From NCBI GenBank assembly GCA_036676395.1, contig JAKFCY010000002.1, positions 2,528,001 to 2,592,000 of the forward strand: 64,000 nt of DNA. The letters are read 5' to 3'. The notes beneath the pieces are model-generated. The model was not told the origin of the DNA, searched no databases, and was given only the letters and a program-made list of their open reading frames with translations. The first letter of the stretch is position 1; each line of letters starts with the position of its first letter. The translations under genes were made by a program, and so were the position numbers. This document shows, in pieces, positions 38,285 through 48,300 of this stretch. Source of the stretch: Bdellovibrio sp. (GTDB taxonomy: Bacteria; Bdellovibrionota; Bdellovibrionia; Bdellovibrionales; Bdellovibrionaceae).

Positions 38285-40195
38285 TTACCTTCCCACACAT
38301 CTAAAAGCTGAAGTTAAAGTTCGCGCTTTTGTCGAATGCACACCTTGTGCTCCGTTATATATCCATGCGCGTGACCGGATTGAAGAAGATAATGTCGCTG
38401 TCCATTCATCAAGATTTCCGTTAACACCAATATCAGGTAAAACAAAACGTAATCCGTTCGCGTCTGCAACTTCGTAATCATATAATGATGGTAAACGCCA
38501 AGCCACCTGAGGAGCTGTCGGCGAACCCGCAAGATCCATTGCGACCTTGCCTAGAATATCAATTGAAGCATCTGTTGTTGTAAAACCAGCCGCTTCAAAG
38601 CAACCGCTGATCGCTGTTGTCTGATTTTGATAGGTTCCTGAATCGCAAATACTTGAAACATCAGCTTCTTTAATTGATGCCGATACATTTGTTGCGTTAC
38701 TGCTGCCCGAAGCTTTACACCAGTTGGTAGCAGTTCCGATCACTGAACTCCACAATAAACCCGTGCGCTCATCACGCCAAACTTCGCGGCCTTTACTTCC
38801 TGATTTTGCGCCAGAACGGCTGACTAATTGCCAAATTCCTTGTGAAGCATTACCACTTGAAGCCCCGTTCCAGCGGGCATTCGCTCCGAATACAGTACTG
38901 CAATCTGTAATGCGTTCTAAAACTGTATCGTCAGTTGTTCCGCAAGAAGTTGTTCCCCAACCGGTGCGGTCAACAGCCTCTAAATTTAAATTTGAAGTAT
39001 CAAAACCATCATCATCATACGCAATTTTTGGAACCGTACGATAACCTGAAGGTAAATTCGGCAATGAACCATTACCTGCATATTGACCAGCTTCTGCAGC
39101 CGAACCAATTTGCGGAGTATCAATATTACGATGAGCCCCAGAACCCCAGTCACCATTACCAGAGAATGTTCCGGTAATACCGAAGATCGTAATATTATTA
39201 CGAATATTATCTGACTCTAAATTAGGTTCTAAAATTTGTTTTGTACTCGCCGTCACAAAACACGATCCATTAACATCATTGGTACAATTTGCGGCGCGGC
39301 CACCGTATTCGAAATCGTAAACATAACGGCCCGGCTGAGTATCACAGGCACCCGCATTTAATGCATTATCAGTACACGCATTGCTGCCGTCAGCTAATGA
39401 AACGATATAACCTGTTTGATCTAACCAACACGGGTTTGTATTAAGGCCGATTTGACATAATAACGAACGGCCACCAAAAGCTGTCGTGTATCTGTAAGTA
39501 GCCACATTACCACGACAAGCTGCACCTTGTTGCCCTTCGACAGCGCAATCTGCAGATGACCCAGAATCACTTGGTAAACTTGCGGTTACGCGAACACCCG
39601 TTGTATTCACGTAACAAACTTGCGTGTTTGTCGTCGCTTGATTGATGTTCGTACAATTGAATGAACGACCACCGTAAGCTGAAAGATAAAAATAATCGTC
39701 ACGCGCGGCCGAACAATCCACACCCAGTGGGGTGGCATCATTTGTTAAAATACATGCTGCTTCTGCAGTAGTTACCAGAGATCCATTAATGCCAAATACA
39801 TTAACTGCAGCCTTAATCAAAGCCGTATTACCACCAGAAATAACCGGATCAGAAAAAGTAACTAACCCGATGGCTCCATACCAACCAGTTGGTATCGCGA
39901 CATTACCGACACCACTTGGTGCTATAACATTATTTGAAGACGCATCAAAACGACCGCCGTATTGAGCCGGGTACACATAGTGACCCGCAGTGCGGTTAAT
40001 ACAAAGTTCAGTTGTGGCTGTCGCAGAATTTACAACCAGATCGCAATCAAGAGTTGTTTCTGCCTCAGAAAGTTCTTCTTCAGACGGAGCTTGTGAACAC
40101 GAAGTGCCCGCAACCAATAAAAGGCAGGTGGCAGAAATTTTTAACTTCTGCCAAAACGTTAATTTGAATGAAAGAGTGATTCTTTCGTTACTCAA
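38285..40195 (-). CDS. Cys-rich YGGR-repeat lipoprotein with C-terminal DUF1566-like domain (paralog)
   Basis: GTS|C lipobox; WRDERTGLLW, WRLPS, EWTAT, AFRCVGR; TTG start overlapping the upstream stop. Confidence 0.8.
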   Translation of the reverse strand: MSNERITLSFKLTFWQKLKISATCLLLVAGTSCSQAPSEEELSEAETTLDCDLVVNSATATTELCINRTAGHYVYPAQYGGRFDASSNNVIAPSGVGNVAIPTGWYGAIGLVTFSDPVISGGNTALIKAAVNVFGINGSLVTTAEAACILTNDATPLGVDCSAARDDYFYLSAYGGRSFNCTNINQATTNTQVCYVNTTGVRVTASLPSDSGSSADCAVEGQQGAACRGNVATYRYTTAFGGRSLLCQIGLNTNPCWLDQTGYIVSLADGSNACTDNALNAGACDTQPGRYVYDFEYGGRAANCTNDVNGSCFVTASTKQILEPNLESDNIRNNITIFGITGTFSGNGDWGSGAHRNIDTPQIGSAAEAGQYAGNGSLPNLPSGYRTVPKIAYDDDGFDTSNLNLEAVDRTGWGTTSCGTTDDTVLERITDCSTVFGANARWNGASSGNASQGIWQLVSRSGAKSGSKGREVWRDERTGLLWSSVIGTATNWCKASGSSNATNVSASIKEADVSSICDSGTYQNQTTAISGCFEAAGFTTTDASIDILGKVAMDLAGSPTAPQVAWRLPSLYDYEVADANGLRFVLPDIGVNGNLDEWTATLSSSIRSRAWIYNGAQGVHSTKARTLTSAFRCVGR

Positions 40196-41309
40196 GTGTA
40201 ATTTTACCCTTTTCGTCGACTTTAATACGGACTTCTTTTGTTTTGTCTGTTTTTGATAAAGTAATCATCGGAAGCTTTAAGTTTTCAGTCACAGTAATAA
40301 CACTGGCTTGCACTTCTGCCGGAGCATCATTACCGTTTGTATTGTAGAGAGTAACTTTTACTTTGTATTGGCCAGGTTGTAATTTAGGTGTTTTCCACAT
40401 CTCTAAACCCGGGCCATAACGGCTATCAATTTCAAATTGACCGTCAACTCCACCGTAGCTTTTTTTCTTAAAATTGAATTTTTTGTTATTCACATCGATA
40501 ATTTCTAAATCGATGTCGTGTTTTTCAGAAGCCCACGTCGTGCTGATCATTAAAAAGTTATTTGGATTTTGTGTGATTTGATCTTTCGGGATCATATCCT
40601 TCATTTTTTCAACTAGGTCTTTTTGTTTTTGAATTGTTTTTTCTAATTCTTGTTTAATCTTTTGATTTTCAATCGTCACAGTCTGAACTTTTAGCGAAGT
40701 GTCATTCACAGAAGCTAACTGGCGCTTTTGTTCTTCAACTTCTTTAGTTTGCTGAGTCTGAACAGTTAACTGTTCTTGCATACGTTTTTGTAATTCGTCG
40801 ATTTTTTGTTCTAACTGTTTCTTTTCAGTTTCTGTAACCGTTAAATCTTTTTTAACTTCAACGATTTCCTGAGATTTTTGTAAATCTTTGGCTAACTGTT
40901 TGTTTTTTTCTAAAAGTTTTTCAACCATTTGATCCGGAGAAACTTCTTTAAGGTCAGTGGCACTAATCGCTCCGCCAAAAGCTTCTTCAGAGATTTTTTT
41001 CATTTGCTCTTCCATCTGACCTTTCGAGGTCGTAGAAGACATTGTGTATAACAACACGAACAGACCAAATAACAAGGTCATCATATCTGCATAACTTACT
41101 AACCAACCCATCTCAGTACCATGACCACCGCCACCGGCATGAGCATTACCCGCGCCGTGACCGCCGCCAAAGGCAGAATCAAAATGATCGTCTTGACCAT
41201 GATTTTCTACGGCATGTGGCTTGGGATCAAATTCGAAACCCGAAGCAGTGTCTGCTTCGGAAACGTTTTGATCTTCAATGGGTATAGAGTTGTTTTCGTC
41301 TTGATTCAT
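40188..41309 (-). CDS. atypical MotB-like protein (MotB TM/plug + coiled coil + YfaP/DUF2135-like domain, no OmpA domain)
   Basis: WLVSYADMMTLL with the conserved Asp; C-terminal W..HDIDLEIID...DSRYGPGLE...PGQYKVKV. Confidence 0.8.
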   Translation of the reverse strand: MNQDENNSIPIEDQNVSEADTASGFEFDPKPHAVENHGQDDHFDSAFGGGHGAGNAHAGGGGHGTEMGWLVSYADMMTLLFGLFVLLYTMSSTTSKGQMEEQMKKISEEAFGGAISATDLKEVSPDQMVEKLLEKNKQLAKDLQKSQEIVEVKKDLTVTETEKKQLEQKIDELQKRMQEQLTVQTQQTKEVEEQKRQLASVNDTSLKVQTVTIENQKIKQELEKTIQKQKDLVEKMKDMIPKDQITQNPNNFLMISTTWASEKHDIDLEIIDVNNKKFNFKKKSYGGVDGQFEIDSRYGPGLEMWKTPKLQPGQYKVKVTLYNTNGNDAPAEVQASVITVTENLKLPMITLSKTDKTKEVRIKVDEKGKITLE

Positions 41310-41311
41310 AA

Positions 41312-42151
41312 TTATGCTGCTTTATCCGCTTGGCCTTTTTTGCCTTTGTAAGCCGGAATCGCTCCGCCATTTTGTAATTGTTTAAATTTAGATTTAAGCG
41401 CGATACGTTGAGGTGCTGATAAACGAGAAACAACAGTTTCTGTTACAACCTTTTCAGGATGGCCGCGTTTAATTAAGATCACGGCTTCAACGATCATATT
41501 ACGAATATACATTTCATCTTCGGCAGCTTTAGTTGCAGAATCTGATAAAGGTAAAAAGATAAAGTTATTTAAGAAAATTCCCCAAAGAGTCGCGGTTAAG
41601 GCAACGGCCATGGCGCCACCGATAACTTCGATACCACCTTTACCAAGACTGACCATCATCTGAATCATACCAGAAGAAGCTCCTAGTAATCCTAAATGGG
41701 GAGGATACTTAGCGATGTTATTTAAAACTTTTGCATCTTCGAAGTATTTTCTAGAAACCGCATCACGGCGTGCATGTAAAATGTGAGTCACATCGGCCGC
41801 AGAGATATCAGCTTCATTTAAAATTCTAAAAGAATCATTTACAAAGGGGTGATTGCTAGAATTCTGATACCAAGAATTGTTATACCAATTTTTCACAGTC
41901 ACTAAAAGATCTTCAATCATGGCAACGTCTTTTTTAGTTTTCTTAAAAAAGAAACCGTTGTTCACGAAGTTCCAAACTTCTGAGATTTTTTCAAACGAGT
42001 ATGAAAAAAGTGTGATCGCGACTGTTCCGCCCATTACGAGAATAAGAGCATGCGGATTTAACAACATTGTCGGAGCACTTAAACCGTGAATAATACCAAA
42101 GTAAACGACGGTACAACACGCGATAAGGCCTATAAAAACAGATGAATTCAT
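41312..42151 (-). CDS. MotA/TolQ/ExbB family proton-channel subunit (MotA-like)
   Basis: 4-TM layout; LILVMGGT, PHLGLLG..GMIQMM, IGGAMAVALTATLWG..FLPL; GGGGAG RBS before ATG 42151. Confidence 0.85.
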   Translation of the reverse strand: MNSSVFIGLIACCTVVYFGIIHGLSAPTMLLNPHALILVMGGTVAITLFSYSFEKISEVWNFVNNGFFFKKTKKDVAMIEDLLVTVKNWYNNSWYQNSSNHPFVNDSFRILNEADISAADVTHILHARRDAVSRKYFEDAKVLNNIAKYPPHLGLLGASSGMIQMMVSLGKGGIEVIGGAMAVALTATLWGIFLNNFIFLPLSDSATKAAEDEMYIRNMIVEAVILIKRGHPEKVVTETVVSRLSAPQRIALKSKFKQLQNGGAIPAYKGKKGQADKAA

Positions 42152-42169
42152 GAGATTCTCCCCTATGTA

Positions 42170-42177
42170 CATATCGG
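42170..42177 (-). promoter_or_regulatory. sigma28-like -10 element upstream of the motAB-like operon
   Basis: CCGATATG on the minus strand, 6 nt before the RBS; -35 element weak. Confidence 0.45.
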
Positions 42178-42320
42178 TTTTTTCTCAATTTAATAAACCG
42201 ACCAAAGTTGGTTATATTGTCGACAATAGGTTTTTTGTTCGCAAAAAGCGGAGTCTCGAAACAGGACGTTGGTACTAGGTTAAATTTTATTTAATAGTAA
42301 TTGTGTTTGATCTGGACCTT

Positions 42321-45300
42321 TTACTGGCAAATCGGAGCCGCAGGGTCTTTACTGCAAAGATAGGCTTTAATCGCCGCATTTTCTTGTTCTAGGCTTTGAA
42401 TTTTACGATCTTTAACAGCGTTCTCTACTTTAAGATTTTTTATTTCAACTTCGACACCGATCAACTTATGATAAATTTCTTTGATGGCATTTACTGCCGT
42501 CCAAATAATCGAGTCATTAGTGACATGAAAAAAACCTTCAGAATCCTGCGTCACCGCTTCAGGAATAACCTTCAACACATCCTGAGCTTTGATACCCACA
42601 AACTCTTTGCTGGATGGAAGACCAAGAGGATTATCTTGTTTGTAATTAAAATAAACTGTGTTCAAACCATTTAAAGCAGCGATACCACGAGTAAATGGAG
42701 CGCGAATATTTTTAAGACGTTCATCGGAAGCAATTGTCCAAGTGCTTGTTCCAGGTTTTGCCGCAGAATCTGTCGACAATTGTAACTGGTAAGTTGGCGC
42801 AGATACACCGATACCAACATTATTTCCATGAACCACCATTGCCGGAGTCGATACGCCACCACCGTTTGGCGCAAAAGAAATTCTATCCGGCGAAGATTCG
42901 GTATAAAAAATACCAAAATTAGGATCGGCTGTGCTAAAGCGCCAGATAGCGCGTGTGCCGCCGTATAGACCTCCGTAGATATCACCATTAACTTGTACGT
43001 TGCCGCTAACGTGCAATTTTTGTAATGGGGTGCTGGTGCCAATACCAACATCACCATCGTTTTCAAAAGTCATCACTTGGCCTGCACCATAATAAAAATC
43101 TAAAAATGCATCAGCTCCCAGATCACGCGCGTCGATTTTCCATGGACCACCTGTGTGACCATAAGGGTGAATAACCATACGAGTTATGGAGCCGGAAGTT
43201 CCGGCTGCAGCTTCTTGTTTACCAATACCAACATACCCCGAACTGTCGACTCGCATTCTCTCGATAGCACCGGTTGAAAATCTAATTCCACCCGCACTTG
43301 CCGATATATTAATACCGCTGACAATACCGCTATTAGAAAAAAGCGCTAACTGATTTAGCGCTGTCGTACTCGACACGCCACCAAGTAATATGCCCGCAGA
43401 ATTCGAGCCATAAGCTGAGCCGATGTTTGTCATGACAAAACCAGCTCGGGATAAAGTGCCCGAATTATTATTTGTCACATTCACAAAAGTATCTGCATTT
43501 GAATTTTGTTCGATTGATAAAATTGAAGTTGGATTTGATGTGCCGATACCGACATTACCCGTATTTGTAATGCGCATTCTTTCTGGCACGTTACCTGGAG
43601 CTACTGTCGTTTGATTGGTGCCGAATGAAATACCACCCTCATTACCGCTGCCATTAAACTGCAAGTAACCCATCCACGTAGCATCGATTTTTTGCTGAAT
43701 GCGAGACCCCGCAGAAAACCAATTTGTACCCGAAGCTGTTCTAATCTGACGAATATCTAAAAGACCGACATTTCCATTATAAGAATTAAATCTTTGCAGC
43801 TCAACGGTGTCATTTATATTCTGACCTAAATCGCTGCCTTTAACCTCAAATTTTGCAGTTGGCGCAGATGTTCCGATGCCGACATTGCCAGTGCTTGTTA
43901 TACGAAGGCCTTCTGTCAAGGCCGGCGAAAGGGCTTGTCTATACATAAGAGAAAGATATCCCGCCACATCAGATGTTGTGGCATTTTCTTTAGAGCCGCG
44001 AACCGCGCCAAACACCACTGGTGCTGTTCCGGAAGATATGTACCCTCCGAAACCTAGGCCACCACCGACACCAGTCGCGGCACCGGCATTATCTACAACA
44101 AATGAGTTTACCGGATAACTTGCACTATAAAGCGGACCAAGAACATCCAGTCGTGTTACCGGAGCGCTTGTTCCAATTCCAACGTTGCCCCCGTGAGGTT
44201 GTAAAACAAGTTCTGAATCACTGGCGAAAGTTGCAAATGCTGGATCTCGATGACCCGATTGAATCCACGAAGTGCGAGTGTTTGAAAGCTCACTTACACC
44301 GAAATATAAAGCATTACTTCCAGCACCGAAATCCGCTGCCACACGAAAGCCAGATTTATTTATAAAGTTATTTGCATCTGAATTTGTCGCATTCGGAGTT
44401 GACCCAGGATAGTTTACATCTAAACGTGAAATTGCAGCGGTCGTTGCAATACCCAAATTTCCATTGGTATCAACGCGCATTCTTTCGGTGTTACTTGTAC
44501 CGAATAAAATCGGCTGACCTTGAATTGTACCGATAGAAAAACCACCGGCCACATCACTTATAATTGTATTACCATCAGCAAATAATCCATTGCCTGAAGC
44601 TTCTTGCACACGCAGAACTGCGTTATTTAAATCATATGAACCAAAACCCGTTCCTAAAGTTGTACTTTCAAAAACATGTAATTGCGCTGTTGGAATCTGC
44701 CCGATACCTAAGGCACCACTTGCTGTCATACGCATGCGTTCGCCATTGTTTGAATAAAACGATAGCTGTCCGTTCGTAGGACCTGCTGTGCCTGTTGAAA
44801 ATAATCCTGTATCGCCATCTGCACCGAACGCGTAACCCACTGTCGAGTTATCTCCGTTATCCGGAATTCCTTGATTAGCTCTAAAACCAGTACCTTTAAT
44901 AATCGCAGAACCACTGATGATACCACCGACATTCAATGCACCAGCAATACCTGCGCCGCCATTTACAATTAAAGCACCTGTTGAAGAATTTGTTGAAGTC
45001 ACAGTTGATGATACAACAACTGAATTTCCTGCTGCCGGCCACAACGTGATTCCAGAAGTTGATGACACTGTATTTGTGTTTGTTAATACTCCGCCAGTGG
45101 TTGCTGTTGCAATCGTGCGGCGAATGCCAGAATTATCAGTCACGTAATAGTCAGTGCCATCATATTCGATCGTTCCTGACTGCGGCGAAGTTAATAAAGT
45201 ACCTAGCGCTAATCTAATCGGTGCGACTGATGAAGTTCCCGGAGTGATGTGAAGTCTTGCTGTTGGCGCTGTTGCCCCACCGATGTAAACACGGCCTGTC

Positions 45301-48300
45301 GATGTCACTTGAAATACTCCGGTCGCGCCAAGATCAAGGCCTGGTCCTATACCCCAACCAGTAGTGCCATTAATCTGACCGGCGAAAACACTGCCTAGAG
45401 TATTTTTATACTCGATCAAACTATTCTGATTATTCGCGCGTTCAAGCGTAAGAATATTTGCTACGTTATCGACAATATGCAAACGCGTCGCCGGTGCTGA
45501 AGTTCCTATACCGACGTTACCGGCTTTAACAGTAAAGTAATCAAAAACACCCGTAGAGTTCTGCACGCGAAACTCATTTGTGGCGGGTCGAAGCAGCAAT
45601 ACCCCAGAGCCATTATTTGAAAAACTACCCGCGCCTGAGATCGTTAGATTTTCATCGGCTCGAATAGTTCCGCTCACATGCAGCGTTGAAGTAGGGCTGC
45701 TTGTACCAATACCCATGCGGCCTTGGCCATTTAACACCATACCAATGCTATCAACTACGCCGGTGTTTGAAGCTGAATAACGAATTGCGAAAGCATCATC
45801 AGACTGATTATTTCTAAGATCGACCACAAATGATCCATTCGATGGCCCTTGAATATAAGCACCATTTGAAGTTGAAAATCCTGGGTTTAAACTTCCGTAA
45901 ATCATGTTACCCATTTCAATATTAGCGGCTGAACTCACTGATGTGGCCAAACGAAACGTACCAATAACATCAAGGGCAACTGTGGGAGCTGTGGTACCGA
46001 TACCCACATTACCCGCTTCGGTAACGGCCATAAGTGTTGTTGCACTTGCACGGTCACTGCCGTTAGTCATGACTCTGAATTGACGAATTGTATCGTTGTT
46101 ATCAGTATCGATGGCGACATCCACACTGCCAACACTTGAAAGGCGCATACCACCACTGCCATCACCTAAGTTACCCGCAAAATTAATTTGGCCAGTGTTG
46201 CCACCGCTGATCGAGCCGCCAACATTAATATCACCGGCAATACCGGCACCACCTTTGACAATTAAAGCTCCTGTGCTAGTGCTTGTCGAAGGTGTTGTGC
46301 TTGAAACAATGACTGAACCCACAGGAACCATCGAAATGTTTCCTGTCGAATTAATTATTGAAGCATTATCAATTGAGCCAGAACTTGAACCCGTTGCAAT
46401 CGCGCGGCGATTATTTGATGCGTCTGTTAAATAAAAATTTGCCCCATCGTATTCCATCGCTCCAGTTTGCGCAGACGCGGTTAATGTTGAGGCTGTAAAT
46501 CTTAAAGCCGCAGTGACTGATGTTCCTGATGTTAAATGTAATTTCGCTGTAGGAACTGCAATGCCAATACCGACGTTGCCTGCACTGGTTATTCGCATTT
46601 TTTCGGTGGCGCTTGTCCCGAAAATTAAATTACTAGATATGTTGGTAGTTAATACTGAATCTCCTACTGCCGTACCTGGCAGAAAATGGCCAGCAGCCAG
46701 CGCCGCACCGAAGGTCGAATTTAAATTAGATCCGCTATACAATCGAAATGCTGGTGCATTCGTTCCCGTCCCCTGAATCTTCACTCCATTACCCGGTGAA
46801 GTTGAGACTATATGTAAATTAGAGTCTGGGGCACTCGTTCCAATTCCAATGTTGCCACTAGGAGCCACAGTTAAAGCACGCACCGGGGTCATGTTAGTTC
46901 CCCAATTTGCTGTGATCAGACTCATTCCGGTATCGTTTGACTCAAGACCAAACGACGGCGCGAACGCCGATGTCAACGTCGGCGTTCCGACAACTGAACC
47001 TGAACCTAAAGTACCACTTAATAATATATATTGATCATTGGTCGAAAAATTACCAATACTTTGAATATTGATCGAACGGTTCTGCAAAGTCGAATAACCA
47101 AAACTTGCTAAAGTATTGACCGCATCATTTACCACTGAATAACCAACATGTAATTTTGAATTCGGCGAAGTTGTGCCGATGCCGACATTGCCATTGTTGT
47201 AGTAAATTGTGCTTGCGCTGCTGACCCATTGCGAACTTGTAATCGCTGCAAAACTTGCTGCTGTAGTTACAGATAAACTTGATACCGTCGAAGAAAGCGT
47301 TGTTACACTGACAACATTTGCCGGTGTGTAACCCAGTGTTGCAACAACAGCCGCGCTTGTTGCTGATTGTTTATTTGAAAAATTTAAATAGTCATTATAA
47401 GAAATTAATCCTGCAGTTGTTGTTGCGGCAGAAGCCATCGGAAAATTAAAAGTGTGAACAGTTCCAGTTGAAGAAACATTTGGCGCGACGCCAGAAACTC
47501 CCAGGGCAAAAGTTTGTGATCCAGAGACTAAGCCATTAATTGATAAAATACCTGCACCAGAAACTCCGAACGTTACCCAGGTTGTTCCGTTACAGTATTC
47601 GACAACGCCAGAATTATATCTTAAAGTTCCTGCAAAAGTTGCAGAACAAGAATTTGCTTCAGTGCCTATTTTAATTCCGCCAGCAACATCTAATGTCGTC
47701 ACCGGAAAACTTGTACCGATACCGACAGATCCAGAAGCAGTAATACGCATTCTTTCGTAAGAACCTGTTCCAAATACTAAGTGATTATTTTTATAAGTAC
47801 CAATCGCTAAGTCACGAGCTGATGCTCCAGAACTACCATTAGTTAAAATCATCGAAGTCGTGCTGCGCGGTAAACCAAAAATAGTTCCTGTGTTTGAAAC
47901 TCCAGGTTGCGAAAAAGCAATATAATTTGTTTGCGTATCGAAAATCGTAAAACGGGCATCCGCAGTTGCACTGGTGCTGTGATTTTTTACTTCTATGCCA
48001 GAAATAGCATTCACATCACTAGCCACCAATAAAGCAGGGGTAAATTCTGGCGCGCCATAATTGCCAATTTCGACGGGACCGGTTTGATATGAAATTGCAG
48101 TGCCGCTTGCAATCCATTGTGAACTGGTGATCGTGGCAAAACTTGCAGTTACTGAGTTTTGTAAACTTGTGACCGTACTTGAAACCGAAAACACTGTTGA
48201 TGAAACTGAACTTAATGTCGAAGTCACATCGGCGCCATCTGCCGGAGTATAGCCCAAGGCTGCAATCACCGAACTCGAAGTCACACTGACATCGGGATTA

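Noticed and set aside
36466..40195. Diversity-generating retroelement targeting the DUF1566-like C-termini
   Set aside because: No reverse transcriptase or template repeat is visible in the window, and the two 3' ends differ broadly rather than in an adenine-specific way; a remote DGR cannot be excluded
40188..42151. Zorya ZorAB, or an ordinary flagellar motAB
   Set aside because: The A subunit has no long cytoplasmic tail, the B subunit has no OmpA domain, there are no ZorC/D/E-like neighbours, and the FliG-contact motif is absent
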